Positions 37,663 to 49,739 of a DNA stretch of 64,000 bases are shown here, one piece after another. The position numbers and the translations under genes were made by a program. The stretch is taken from assembly GCA_964019335.1 (NCBI GenBank), contig OZ025696.1:434001-498000 (forward strand), given 5' to 3'. Every line of letters begins with the position of its first letter. Position 1 is the first letter of the stretch. Under the pieces are notes generated by a model that did not search any database, was not told where the DNA came from, and worked only from the letters and a program-made list of their open reading frames with translations. This DNA is from Diplonema japonicum. Lineage: Eukaryota; Protista; Euglenozoa: Diplonemea.

Positions 37663-40600
37663 CTATATCTCGGGAAATATGCTTTTGTCTTTAACCTTGG
37701 CATGCGCCGAACCGAGTAGCTGCTTGATCACACTACTTTGTTCGTAATCTGCTATCTCCTCGCACCTCTTGAAGTCGTAGTTGTGGAAAGCATCCTCAAA
37801 CTCAGGCGACCACGAACCGCGATAGTTCTCGTCATCAGTAAGTTGATAGGCCACAGCTTCTGCGTCGTCACTATCTTCGAGGCTGATGTGGAGGATGGGA
37901 CGGGTGGAGTAGCTGTCAGCCAGTGAAGCTCTATGCTGTTTGTCCCCTGACAACACACAAAAGACGATCCCCATCCCAAGGTCCTGTGCCTTGTACGACA
38001 GCTTGTGCGCTATGTCCACTGTCTCCCCTATCACAGAGGCGAAGCGCTGCCGGTGTGTCCCCACAAACCCACTCGAACACTGCCCTGTCCCAATCCCGAT
38101 GTGCACAGCAACTGGCAACGCAGTCATTCGCATGGACTCGTGGCAGAGTGTCGCCCACCGCACAGCATTTTGAAGGTGTGCCGGGCACGGAATTGCGGTG
38201 TTCCAGCTCACAACCACAAGTCGGTTGAACACCGATACAACACTACCAGTCGTCCGTTCCAAGTGCGTGACGAAGGAGCCCAGCAATGATGGCAAAGACT
38301 GACTGCTCACGGCCATCCCAGTGACTACGGGTGCCATTGACAAGACCGCCACTGTCGAAGAGTTAATCTGCTTGAAGTGCAAACGGCCGCTCGCGGCAAA
38401 CGACGAGCGCGATGATATACGTGAGCGCATCGAGCATACACTGGAGCGCCTAGACTTTGCTTTTCTGAAGTCTACCACCCTGTCGGGGAATCTCCGTGGA
38501 ACGAAAAGCGTGATTACTTGCTTCCCAGAAACACCACGAAGCACCACATCACTCAGCGAGTACGAAAGTGGGTGGCCAAGGTCCTCCTCAGACACCTTAA
38601 TGAAGACCTCAGCCGACACTGCAACACACCCCCCTGGACACACTGCCTCAATCCGAGCCGCCTTGTTCACACACCGACCAAAGTAGTCTGTCCGTCCAGA
38701 CATAGTGTCATTGTCCAGAGCCACCTCACCCTCGTTCACCCCGATCCGCACACGAAGGCCTTTCCACGTCCCTTCCACATACTCGCTTTCTGAGTTTTTC
38801 CCCAGTGACTCCGTCCACTTGTCACTGTCGTAGAGGTCTTCCTGAATGTCCAACCCGCACCTGCACGCCGCAAGTGACTCCTCGAAGGCCACCATGAAGC
38901 TGTCCCCGATCGTCTTCACCTCATAACCACTGTGCCGGAGGATGCACCCGCGGATCACATGGTTGTGTATGCCAAGGTTCGTGCACATGTCTTCCGCATC
39001 CAGCTCCCACAACATCGTGCTGTGCTGCACGTCTGTGAACAGGATGGCCGCTGTCCCTGTCTTCCCAGGAGGGTTGATGTTCAACAGGGGGGACACAAGG
39101 CTCTGCTCCTGTGAACTCTTGTTGTCCACCAAAGACTGTGGGAGGTATCGCCTGAACTCTGTGAGGTTGTCGATGATCTTGATGAAGGAGAGTTGGATCT
39201 CGTTCGGGTTTTCGATCTCCCTGATGTACGACACCGCCTCGAGGTTCATGTTCGCAATGGACTCCGCACACTTGATCGCCACCATCTTGTCGGTGTGCAT
39301 GAGGTTCAGTGTCTTCCTGCTCTGCGTGAGCTTCAGCACGACCCCCACGATCACAGTCATCATCACCGTCCCGAGCACCCCAGCGATGATATAGTAGGTC
39401 GTCAGGTCCTGTCCTGTCGAGACACACTCGGTGTTCCCCTCCCCGTAGTTCGTTGTCCCCGACCCGCAAGGGGTGCACCCAGCCGACCCGAGCCCAGTGC
39501 TGTAGGTCCCCTCCCCACACGGTGTGCAGTTCGCTGAACCCTTTTGCCCAGAGAAGGTACCGGGTAAGCACTGCAAACAGATCCTCGGCTCCACCACAGA
39601 CTCCGAGGCTTCAGCATACCAACCAGAGTCGCACGGCTCGCACACGATGTCGAAGGAGGGGGGGCTGTGGACAAACACCTCCCGCGAAGAGGTACCTGCC
39701 TGGCACCCCCCGTGGCTCGGAAGGAAGCCGATGTCCACCACCCCATCTATGATGTACTTCATCTTCACCTGAAGGTGGAACTCGTCCAAGCAGCCAGAGG
39801 GGTTCTGCAAGACCCCGTTGTGTACCACAGGGCTGCAGAAGGGGTCGAAGGTCCCTGCCTCGAGCTTTGTCTTCTCTGCTTGGTACACATCTTCATCCTG
39901 TCTGCTCACGAGGAAGGACAGTGGGTAGTTGCGGGAGACGCCCTTGTCATAACCGTACCAGATTGAGCGGTTTGGGTGCCCCTTGAAGGTGTCGGAGAGG
40001 GTGCGGAGCATGTACTCGGTGTAGATGGGACCCCAGTTGAAGCTTGCAGAGGTCAGCACCGACTCCCCGATGGACAGCCGTTGGTCTCCGTTTGAACCCG
40101 TCGACAGCTTCCCTTGGGCCTTCGCCGTCACAGGGGACGTCTTCGTGTTTGTGTGGTAGGCGATCACATCGCAGCCGAGCTTCGCAAGCACCTCTGTTGC
40201 ATACCCTTCCTTAGCAGGGTTGTGGAAAGTCCCGATCCACAGCACCACCACCTCCGTCGAAGCATTCCCCTTCTGTGCCCCAAGGTAGTATGCATTGATG
40301 TTCCTGTACACCTCAGGGATGGGGACAGACGCCACGTAGCCGATGCGGCCCGATGTAGACTGCCCCGCCGACACCACCCCAGACAGGTACCGTGCTTGAT
40401 ACAGCTTTCCAGAGGCCGTTGCGAAGTTGGGCTTCCCGCTGTAATAGCCTGTCAAGTGCACGAAGTCCACCTCAGGGTACTCGGACGCCGCCTCGAAGGT
40501 TTGGTCGTGGAACGTGAATGACGTTGCGAAGATCAGCTGAAACCCCCTCTTGACAAGATCTGCAATCGTGTCCTTGCACTTCCCTGCCTTCACACTCTCC

Positions 40601-40779
40601 ACCACCTCTGTCCGCACGTACACGTCGTTTCCGACAACCCTCTGCACCGCCTCCACTGCCTCGATCCTCCCCAGGTTGTGGTTGTAGGTCCACCCATAGT
40701 CATCCAGGGGGCCACTTAGGATGAACGCAGCCCGCAGGTCACCCACAACCAGGGCAGCGATCACCAGGACCCCGATCAT
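37663..40779 (-). CDS. Receptor-type adenylate cyclase: Bmp/PnrA-like ectodomain, Cys-rich repeats, TM, class III cyclase, degenerate second cyclase domain (copy 1)
   Basis: DYGWTYNHNLGR and FATSFTF Bmp-like motifs; C-x-x-G-T-F/Y-S repeats; TM; LFTDVQHST, EVKTIGDSFM and DYFGRCVNKAARIE. Confidence 0.9.
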   Translation of the reverse strand: MIGVLVIAALVVGDLRAAFILSGPLDDYGWTYNHNLGRIEAVEAVQRVVGNDVYVRTEVVESVKAGKCKDTIADLVKRGFQLIFATSFTFHDQTFEAASEYPEVDFVHLTGYYSGKPNFATASGKLYQARYLSGVVSAGQSTSGRIGYVASVPIPEVYRNINAYYLGAQKGNASTEVVVLWIGTFHNPAKEGYATEVLAKLGCDVIAYHTNTKTSPVTAKAQGKLSTGSNGDQRLSIGESVLTSASFNWGPIYTEYMLRTLSDTFKGHPNRSIWYGYDKGVSRNYPLSFLVSRQDEDVYQAEKTKLEAGTFDPFCSPVVHNGVLQNPSGCLDEFHLQVKMKYIIDGVVDIGFLPSHGGCQAGTSSREVFVHSPPSFDIVCEPCDSGWYAEASESVVEPRICLQCLPGTFSGQKGSANCTPCGEGTYSTGLGSAGCTPCGSGTTNYGEGNTECVSTGQDLTTYYIIAGVLGTVMMTVIVGVVLKLTQSRKTLNLMHTDKMVAIKCAESIANMNLEAVSYIREIENPNEIQLSFIKIIDNLTEFRRYLPQSLVDNKSSQEQSLVSPLLNINPPGKTGTAAILFTDVQHSTMLWELDAEDMCTNLGIHNHVIRGCILRHSGYEVKTIGDSFMVAFEESLAACRCGLDIQEDLYDSDKWTESLGKNSESEYVEGTWKGLRVRIGVNEGEVALDNDTMSGRTDYFGRCVNKAARIEAVCPGGCVAVSAEVFIKVSEEDLGHPLSYSLSDVVLRGVSGKQVITLFVPRRFPDRVVDFRKAKSRRSSVCSMRSRISSRSSFAASGRLHFKQINSSTVAVLSMAPVVTGMAVSSQSLPSLLGSFVTHLERTTGSVVSVFNRLVVVSWNTAIPCPAHLQNAVRWATLCHESMRMTALPVAVHIGIGTGQCSSGFVGTHRQRFASVIGETVDIAHKLSYKAQDLGMGIVFCVLSGDKQHRASLADSYSTRPILHISLEDSDDAEAVAYQLTDDENYRGSWSPEFEDAFHNYDFKRCEEIADYEQSSVIKQLLGSAHAKVKDKSIFPEI

Positions 40780-41894
40780 GTTGACATCAAGAATGGGTGG
40801 GATACTGTAGATGAGTGAGCAGGATTAAATTTCAAAAAAAGAATGAAAATAAAAAAGGAAGAAAACTTAAAATAAAGAAGAGAAGAAGAAGAAGAACACC
40901 AACGCAGAGCCAAACGTCATCCATTGTGTGGGTGTCTATTGAAAGGTTTGGCATAATAGGAAACAGATTCGTTGGCATTACATTTCTTCCTTTTCCGCCA
41001 TCTCCAACTTCTTAGTACCAACATGTGTTTTCAGTTTTTGACTTGTAAAAGTAAAAATACAACACAAGCTAGGAATGTGGCTGAGCTTGAAAATCAAAGC
41101 TCCGGCCCCTTCGTTTGTCGTATTCTTTTTCTCCCGTTGAGGGCTAACAGTTCATTATCATGTGATAAGTGGAAAAATGAAATGTTATAGCAAGGTGCTT
41201 CAAAGTAATTAGTCGAAAGGGGGAGGGAGTGAGAAAAATATTTACCAATGTGAAAGCTACTAACCGGAGTAAAAGAGAGAGAGGGAGAGAGAACGCTTTT
41301 GCCAAGTAAAGGAAAGCGTATCCTAGAGGAAGGGGAGACACCGTTTGAGCCCTCTCATACCCTTGGGGGGACGTACCTAAGTCTTGTCCACCGCTAAGAT
41401 GCGTAGGCTGTCTCCTGATGCTAAGGGGAGTGGGGGGAAAGCCATGGGAAGGACAATAGTGGACAAAGAATGGCAAACAGTTGCGATAACAGAGAAAACG
41501 GGAGAAGATTTTGAAAAATTAGGGCGGCTTCCCCTCCGATTTTCTTTGGAGCACGCTTTTTATGGAATGTAATTTTGCCTTCTCAGGTCACGTCTGGACA
41601 CCACATGGGGTCAGAGTACAGAAACCCGTCTTCGAAACGCCACTTAAATAAAAGGTCAGGAAACAAAAGTCATCACACACATAATTTACATTACATAAGA
41701 AAGAAATTCGGGTACCAGTCTTTGGCTCTAAGTTGTTTCTGGATGCGTTATTTTCTAACACATCCAGAAACAAATAACACCAGTTTTAGTTTCGACAACA
41801 ACATTGTTAAACAGAAAGGGGGGCCAAGAATTGCATCGTGAAACCCAGTACTTTAGTTTAGACAAGTCAAAAGATTCATTGCACAGAATGGTCT

Positions 41895-44800
41895 TTAACA
41901 TAAAACCCCAGATTGTGAAGCGTCCGACCTGATAAATTCTAGGTGCTTTCTCATTTCTGCTATCGCGGCCATGATGACTGTGTCCTCTTCGAGTTCAGCC
42001 ATCTTCTCACACCTCTTGAATTCGTAGTTATGGAAGGCATCTTCAAACTCAGGCGACCATGTTGTGTTGAGGTTTTTCTCATTTTCCACGATGTTATCAG
42101 TGAGTTGATAGGCCACGACAGCTTCTGCCACAGTTTTGTTAAGGTTGACGTGGAGGATGGGACGGGTGGAGTAGCTGTCAGCCAGTGAAGCTCTATGCTG
42201 TATGTCCCCTGACAACACACAAAAGACGATCCCCATCCCAAGGTCCTGTGCCTTGCACGACAGCTTGAACGCTATGTCCACTGTCTCCCCTATCACAGAG
42301 GCGAAGCGCTGCCGGTGTGTCCCCACAAACCCACTCGAACACTGCCCTGTCCCAATCCCGATGTGCACAGCAACTGGCAACGCAGTCATTCGCATGGACT
42401 CGTGGCAGAGTGTCGCCCACCGCACAGCATTTTGAAGGTGTGCCGGGCACGGAATTGCGGTGTTCCAGCTCACAACCACAAGTCGGTTGAACACCGATAC
42501 AACACTACCAGTCGTCCGTTCCAAGTGCGTGACGAAGGAGCCCATCGCCGCACAAAGTGTTGTTCTAATATCGTCCTCTTCATCAATGTAATCTACCTGA
42601 ATCGCGGCTATTGACGATGCCCTGCAGTAATTGAAGCATTGCCACCTGCCTGTCGTTGACCTAGATAAGGGCGACGACGCAGAGCTTGTCGATGTCAGCG
42701 AGCTGCGGCGATTATTTGTGGGCTTCGCTTCCTCCAGCCTCTCGGGGAATCTCTTTGGAAGGAGAAGGGTAATCACTTGACCTCCAGAAACACCACGAAA
42801 CACCACTCCTCCCATCACATGTTTCAGAGGTAGCCCGAGCTCGAAATCCGACCCTGCCACTTTCATAAAGACCTCAGCCGACACTGCAACACACCCCCCT
42901 GGACACACTGCCTCAATCCGAGCCGCCTTGTTCACACACCGACCAAAGTAGTCTGTCCGTCCAGACATAGTGTCATTGTCCAGAGCCACCTCACCCTCGT
43001 TCACCCCGATCCGCACACGAAGGCCTTTCCACGTCCCTTCCACATACTCGCTTTCTGAGTTTTTCCCCAGTGACTCCGTCCACTTGTCACTGTCGTAGAG
43101 GTCTTCCTGAATGTCCAACCCGCACCTGCACGCCGCAAGTGACTCCTCGAAGGCCACCATGAAGCTGTCCCCGATCGTCTTCACCTCGTAACCACTGTGC
43201 CGGAGGATGCACCCGCGGATCACATGGTTGTGTATGCCAAGGTTCGTGCACATGTCTTCCGCATCCAGCTCCCACAACATCGTGCTGTGCTGCACGTCTG
43301 TGAACAGGATGGCCGCTGTCCCTGTCTTCCCAGGAGGGTTGATGTTCAACAGGGGGGACACAAGGCTCTGCTCCTGTGAACTCTTGTTGTCCACCAAAGA
43401 CTGTGGGAGGTATCGCCTGAACTCTGTGAGGTTGTCGATGATCTTGATGAAGGAGAGTTGGATCTCGTTCGGGTTTTCGATCTCCCTGATGTACGACACC
43501 GCCTCGAGGTTCATGTTCGCAATGGACTCCGCACACTTGATCGCCACCATCTTGTCGGTGTGCATGAGGTTCAGTGTCTTCCTGCTCTGCGTGAGCTTCA
43601 GCACGACCCCCACGATCACAGTCATCATCACCGTCCCGAGCACCCCAGCGATGATATAGTAGGTCGTCAGGTCCTGTCCTGTCGAGACACACTCGGTGTT
43701 CCCCTCCCCGTAGTTCGTTGTCCCCGACCCGCAAGGGGTGCACCCAGCCGACCCGAGCCCAGTGCTGTAGGTCCCCTCCCCACACGGTGTGCAGTTCGCT
43801 GAACCCTTTTGCCCAGAGAAGGTACCGGGTAAGCACTGCAAACAGATCCTCGGCTCCACCACAGACTCCGAGGCTTCAGCATACCAACCAGAGTCGCACG
43901 GCTCGCACACGATGTCGAAGGAGGGGGGGCTGTGGACAAACACCTCCCGCGAAGAGGTACCTGCCTGGCACCCCCCGTGGCTCGGAAGGAAGCCGATGTC
44001 CACCACCCCATCTATGATGTACTTCATCTTCACCTGAAGGTGGAACTCGTCCAAGCAGCCAGAGGGGTTCTGCAAGACCCCGTTGTGTACCACAGGGCTG
44101 CAGAAGGGGTCGAAGGTCCCTGCCTCGAGCTTTGTCTTCTCTGCTTGGTACACATCTTCATCCTGTCTGCTCACGAGGAAGGACAGTGGGTAGTTGCGGG
44201 AGACGCCCTTGTCATAACCGTACCAGATTGAGCGGTTTGGGTGCCCCTTGAAGGTGTCGGAGAGGGTGCGGAGCATGTACTCGGTGTAGATGGGACCCCA
44301 GTTGAAGTTCGCAGAGGTGAGCACCGACTCCCCGATGGACAGCCGTTGGTCTCCGTTTGAGCCTGTCGACAGCTTCCCTTGAGCCTTCGCCGTCACAGGG
44401 GACGCCTTCGTGTCAGTGTGGTAGGCGATCACATCGCAGCCGAGCTTCGCAAGCACCTCTGTTGCATACCCTTCCTTCACAGCGTCCATGAAGGTCCCGA
44501 TCCACAGCACCACCACCTCCGTCGAAGCATTCCCCTTCTGTGCCCCAAGGTAGTATGCATTGATGTTCCTGTACACCTCAGGGATGGGGACAGACGCCAC
44601 GTAGCCGATGCGGCCCGATGTAGACTGCCCCGCCGACACCACCCCAGACAGGTACCGTGCTTGGTACAGCTTTCCAGAGGCCGTTGCGAAGTTGGGCTTC
44701 CCGCTGTAGTAGCCTGTCATGTGCACGAAGTCCACCTCAGGGTACTCGGATGCTGCCTCGAAGGTTTGGTCGTGGAACGTGAATGACGTCGCGAAGATCA

Positions 44801-45044
44801 GCTGAAACCCCCTCTTGACAAGATCTGCAATCGTGTCCTTGCACTTCCCTGCCTTCACACTCTCCACCACCTCTGTCTGGATGCGGGTGGTGTTCCCCAC
44901 TGCTTGCTGCACCGCCTCCACTGCCTCGATCCTCCCCAGGTTGTGGTTGTAGGTCCACCCATAGTCATCCAGGGGGCCACTTAGGATGAACGCAGCCCGC
45001 AGGTCACCCACAACCAGGGCAGCGATCACCAGGACCCCGATCAT
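41895..45044 (-). CDS. Bmp-domain receptor adenylate cyclase (copy 2)
   Basis: Same architecture and catalytic motifs. Confidence 0.9.
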   Translation of the reverse strand: MIGVLVIAALVVGDLRAAFILSGPLDDYGWTYNHNLGRIEAVEAVQQAVGNTTRIQTEVVESVKAGKCKDTIADLVKRGFQLIFATSFTFHDQTFEAASEYPEVDFVHMTGYYSGKPNFATASGKLYQARYLSGVVSAGQSTSGRIGYVASVPIPEVYRNINAYYLGAQKGNASTEVVVLWIGTFMDAVKEGYATEVLAKLGCDVIAYHTDTKASPVTAKAQGKLSTGSNGDQRLSIGESVLTSANFNWGPIYTEYMLRTLSDTFKGHPNRSIWYGYDKGVSRNYPLSFLVSRQDEDVYQAEKTKLEAGTFDPFCSPVVHNGVLQNPSGCLDEFHLQVKMKYIIDGVVDIGFLPSHGGCQAGTSSREVFVHSPPSFDIVCEPCDSGWYAEASESVVEPRICLQCLPGTFSGQKGSANCTPCGEGTYSTGLGSAGCTPCGSGTTNYGEGNTECVSTGQDLTTYYIIAGVLGTVMMTVIVGVVLKLTQSRKTLNLMHTDKMVAIKCAESIANMNLEAVSYIREIENPNEIQLSFIKIIDNLTEFRRYLPQSLVDNKSSQEQSLVSPLLNINPPGKTGTAAILFTDVQHSTMLWELDAEDMCTNLGIHNHVIRGCILRHSGYEVKTIGDSFMVAFEESLAACRCGLDIQEDLYDSDKWTESLGKNSESEYVEGTWKGLRVRIGVNEGEVALDNDTMSGRTDYFGRCVNKAARIEAVCPGGCVAVSAEVFMKVAGSDFELGLPLKHVMGGVVFRGVSGGQVITLLLPKRFPERLEEAKPTNNRRSSLTSTSSASSPLSRSTTGRWQCFNYCRASSIAAIQVDYIDEEDDIRTTLCAAMGSFVTHLERTTGSVVSVFNRLVVVSWNTAIPCPAHLQNAVRWATLCHESMRMTALPVAVHIGIGTGQCSSGFVGTHRQRFASVIGETVDIAFKLSCKAQDLGMGIVFCVLSGDIQHRASLADSYSTRPILHVNLNKTVAEAVVAYQLTDNIVENEKNLNTTWSPEFEDAFHNYEFKRCEKMAELEEDTVIMAAIAEMRKHLEFIRSDASQSGVLC

Positions 45045-46589
45045 GTTGACATGTGTAAGTCTTCTACCTGTAGACGTTGGCAGCAGACACAGAGGAAGGT
45101 GAAGGCTTAAAAGAGAAACGAGACTTTAGTGGCAAATAGAAGTGTTTCTTTCTTTCTCGTAGTCGTTCGATATTGGGGGGAAAGGAGGGATAAAGGCAAC
45201 TCATCTCCTGAGTAAGCCAAGTTAAGTCTTACCAAGAGGCCGCAACCACGGAATCACGAGCTCTTCTTGTCAGGAAAGGTCAAGTTCTGTACTAATGTGG
45301 TATGCCTGTTGTTTTTCCGGATACAGCTACTAAGAGAACTCCGAGGAATTCTTACAGAGTGTTGCAGAAGGTTTATTGCTACTACTATACCACAGATGAG
45401 AATCGTATTGGTGTCTTTGTTGTGCCCATTTATTACGGGTTTTTTTTGGGGGGGGGGTAGCGCCAACAAATAGTGTCATGGCAGCAATTTTTAAAAACGT
45501 ATGGTATTTTCATTCGGAAGGGAAACGGAGAAATTCTTTTTTTACACCCGTCCTTTGTGCCACTCCCCCCCCAGCTGCGCTCTTCACAGAACAGTACAGT
45601 GTCCCGTTTGGGGGAAGAAGAAAAAAAAAGGGGGGGAATGACTAAACTTAATAAATGGAACAGGTTCTATTTTGTGAGCTTTTCCAAGAACTCAACGATT
45701 CTCAAGAAGTAAAAGGGGTCATTGGTCTTTGGCTATTCTTCTTTGTGTTTTTTTCTTTTTTTTTTCTTTCAATTAAATTTTTTAGGGTGGGTTGAGAAGG
45801 AAAAAAAAAAGAAAGAGGGGGGTGTTAAGATGAACCGGTCAACCCCCCTCACCCAAGTCTGTTCGAAGGGAACACACGTTAATTTCTGTTCCTCCCCTGG
45901 CAAATAATCAGACGAAAATAAAGAAAAAAAAAAAATAGGAACTCTGGTCCAAGTGCAGTGAGTGACTAAGGAATTAAAACAAAAAAAAATTGATAAAGTT
46001 CGGTGTGCGGGTGGGTGCTCACTGTTCAGGGAGAAATTCACACTAACCGGTCACCGTTCTGCGGTTGCTGTCCGGTGCCTGCAGTGGCTGTTTGTCGTGA
46101 TGAGATGGACGGCATCTGGGCGAGAAACAGCTGCTAGGTAGGGGGCGGTTTGGCTCGAAGAAAAAAAAGAAAAAAAAAAGAAAAAAAACAGAAAAAAAAT
46201 ACCGGTCCATAATGTAACCTTGTGGTTCTGTATATATGAGCTCGTCCGAAAAAAAATGTCAACACTTTTTTGGGCACCTCCGAAAATTTCTTGTTTTGAT
46301 TATTTGAGCAAAAAAAGGGCAGCATGCAACCATAGGAAGATGACATACATGGTGTACATGGCGCCGTTCTTTCAATTGCGATGCTTGTTTTGCCATGAGG
46401 GTGGCAGGCTTCGCAACCGGCTGCCCCTGGGAAGCGAAAAACGGAGGTCAGAAAAACGACGAAAAAATGTTTAAAATGCAGTTTAAAAGCTTGAAATGCA
46501 GCACCTAGGGTGCATAAAAGTGGTGAACACACACCTTTGTGACCCCTGGGTACAACCCAGGGTCGGGTTACTGTTAAAAGTACTTAGAA

Positions 46590-49060
46590 AAATATATGGC
46601 GTTGCATAGCCCCCAAAAAACCGGTTTTTTTAGCCCTATTTTTTGCTTTTTTGGGGGGTTCCTAAGGGAATTGGCCTAAAAGGCCCATTTTCCTGAATAC
46701 CCAATTCTTAACACCTGCCTGCTCAACATCGGTATCTTTGGGGCCATACATGCATTCTCTACCCATCTGCTGAGGTTTGTCATTTTTTTTCTTCTTCAAT
46801 TAAAAATTGAGAAGTTTGCTTGAAAAGGGCCCTTAAGGGATTTAAGCCTAAAATGGGCATTGTAGCCTAAAATAATCTGGTATAAACACACTTTACCACG
46901 TTTCCGGGCCACCAAGCATCACACCTGAGGCCGGCAAATGCCGAAAATTACTGGCCATGCATACAGGCGTTCTTTTGCACAATACCTTGTTGATGAAGGA
47001 ACCTGCTGTTTTGGCTGGAAGTCACACCTGATCAAGCCCCTGCACAAAACCAGCAGTTTCTGAAGAGCGATGATCAAGTGCCGACAAATTACACAAAACC
47101 TACAGAATTCTGTCAATTTGACATCACCTTCTCAGGCAATCAGGCTTAGTTTTGACATCAGTGTGAACATTTCGCAGAAGTGAACATAAACCTCATTTAA
47201 CTATACAAAAATTAAATAAAATATCATATTAAATAAAAATCAGCCAGATTTTTACTCGGAATTTCTTTTTTCACTCGTTTTTTTTGAAATTCAACTACCC
47301 CCTAAACGCCCGCGCGGACGTTTTTGTCCTTATTTCAAAATTTGCTTTTTCGCTAAGTACTTTTTTGAACACGGCCCCTGGACTTCAAAATATGGCATTG
47401 TTGCGCGGTTTATTTTGTCTTGGAACTACATTTTGCGTTAAAAGTTTTGTTTTAATTGAAACCGGCAGGGTTGGCTTAAAATGAAATCAGATGGTCAAAA
47501 TAGCAGCGAAAACGTGAGTCTCCCCCGACTGGTCAGAAAAAGAAGAAAAAGACGATGAGGCGGTCAAAGAGGGGCCGGAAACGATGCTTGGGTGGGAGAA
47601 ATACTCCCAAAGGCCCGAAACATATCATTTCCGTAAAAAGGTGGGCTTAGGACACCTCTAGGTGAAGCGGCCAATGAGGAGGGTGTTTTTAATCTTTTTT
47701 TTTACACACGCGGTACTTGAGCTCATAGTTTCTTCCACGAACGGTCGTTTCGGTTCAAAAAAACAGCGGAATCTGAATCTTTCCATCCCAGAGTACAAAA
47801 TTTGGCTTGGGTTGGTCCTGTTAATGGGTTTACGCTCGGCACCGAACATGAAGAGCTACTGGACAACAAATTCTAATTTAACCATCCCGGCTTTTGAGAA
47901 AATGAGCAAACCAATTCGTTGACATACAGTGCTACCTCACCTTTGACAACCTGGAAAGCATTTGGAAGGCCTGAAACTGCACCTCATGTGCAGGTTTCTT
48001 GACATCATTGTCAACCGGTGTAGGACTGTGCGGACCCCTGGCAAGTGGTTGTCTGTTGACGACAGTGTTATCCCGACAACAATAAAAGTCATGGCACCAC
48101 GAAAAAGCAACTCGGTGGGCATCAAGGTAATCGCTACATGCGACTCATAAAACTGTTACCTGGCGAATTTCAACATTTTCAGCAAGAAGTCCACAACACA
48201 GGACCTAGTCATGCGTACTGTCGACTCCTAAGGGTTTGCTGTCGACCCCTGACCTGCAAGACCAGCTCCAGGGGACTGGAGTTCGGCATATGAAAACCCG
48301 GAAGTGGACCATGGCTTCCCGAGCTTCAAAGAAGAACTTGTTGGCAAGCTTCTCACCCATGCCCCAAAAACCGATAGCACACACCCCCCGACAACACCGT
48401 CACCGACCCCCAAGCGCAAACACGCTAGCAATGAGGATTCCCTCACTCAGAAATACCCAAAACGTCTCGATTTGACCCTAAATCACACCTCCGAGACCAT
48501 GATGAACGGAACGAAGGTGAGGAGGGTGCTCTATGCTGTTCCTGGGTACGGGAAGAAGGTGCAAACGTGGTGCCCCTGTTGCAAAACCCCCTTATGCAAA
48601 ACGTGTTTTTTACCCTTGCATGCTACCCCGGCTGGAAAAAAAACTCGCAAGTTGCTTTTTTCATCCCACAGCCCCAAAAAGTCTCCAGACTGACCTCAAT
48701 CCTAGAGTTCAGGGCACCAAATAGGGCTGAATGCTGCCCTATTTAGCCCAGCCATAACTCCACGGACCCCCCACGACAAGACCCCCCAAAATCGGACATA
48801 AAAAGTACACCTTCAACCCCCCTCTTACACACATAGTTAAGTGTTCTCATCTGAATCTGGCACCTGGAATTGAAAATTTTAGTACCGTTTACCCTTTCCT
48901 TGCACCTTCCTATGGTTGCATGCTGCCCTTTTTTTGAGTATTTAAAGCAACAACGAAAATGGGGGGGTACCGTAGATAGGCTCCGGGCGTTTAGGGGCTA
49001 CTCGTGAAAAAAAGAATTCCTCGTAAAAATCAGGTAATCTGATTTTTATTTAATAAATAG
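46590..49060 (+). mobile_element. Crypton-like element with a C-terminal tyrosine-recombinase fragment; palindrome split by piggyBac (left boundary uncertain)
   Basis: 46938-47063 translates MPKITGHAYRRSFAQYLVDEG...GWKS (HxxR and GW motifs). taaataaaa at 47213; palindrome arms at 47228-47278 and 49001-49054; terminal taaatagtc. Confidence 0.7.
47299..48997 (+). mobile_element. piggyBac-family transposon with a decayed transposase and a CTAC target duplication
   Basis: 13-bp TIR cccctaaacgccc; fragments FFTHAVLELIVSSTN, WLGLVLLMGLRSAPNMKSYW, PGKWLSVDDSVIP, GIKVIATCDS and Cys-rich WCPCCKTPLCKTCFLPLH. Confidence 0.9.
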
Positions 49061-49146
49061 TCATTTTTTTTTTTGCTGTAAAAGGAAAAACCACCGGAAG
49101 GAAAAATGTCCAAAAGCCCTAGCTGACCGGATGATTTTCCTTTCTG

Positions 49147-49181
<35 letters not shown>

Positions 49182-49421
49182 CCCTTTTCTGTTGCCAAGA
49201 GATCAAAAATCAAAACCGAGTAGAACAGTGCTTTTCGGGTTTTACAAGAACCAAAATCTTCAGTGACCTTTCATTGACCACTTCTTACTTTTAAGGTTAT
49301 TATGCTTTCATTTTCATTTCCCGGGAGATTAATCCCCAACTCCTGGCAGGAAGTACTAAGAACTCAAGAAACAAGTCAAGAAAAATGTCCGGAAGCGGAT
49401 GATTTTCCTTCTGGTAATGTT

Positions 49422-49461
<40 letters not shown>

Positions 49462-49547
49462 AGGGAAGGACGATCAAATGCTTAAGAAAAAAAGAGTCGG
49501 CTGATCGAACTGACCGAATTATTTTCAAAATTTTGTTGTACTTGTTC

Positions 49548-49598
<51 letters not shown>

Positions 49599-49739
49599 AA
49601 AAAAGAAGAAGAATGAATTTGATATCACTGTTTCTCATATGGTGTGATACCTAAACCAAATCAGGCAGCGATTACGGTCGAAAGGAAAGAAGGGCACCAA
49701 TTAAATGGTGCAAGAAAGAAAGAAAAAAAAACTCAAATT

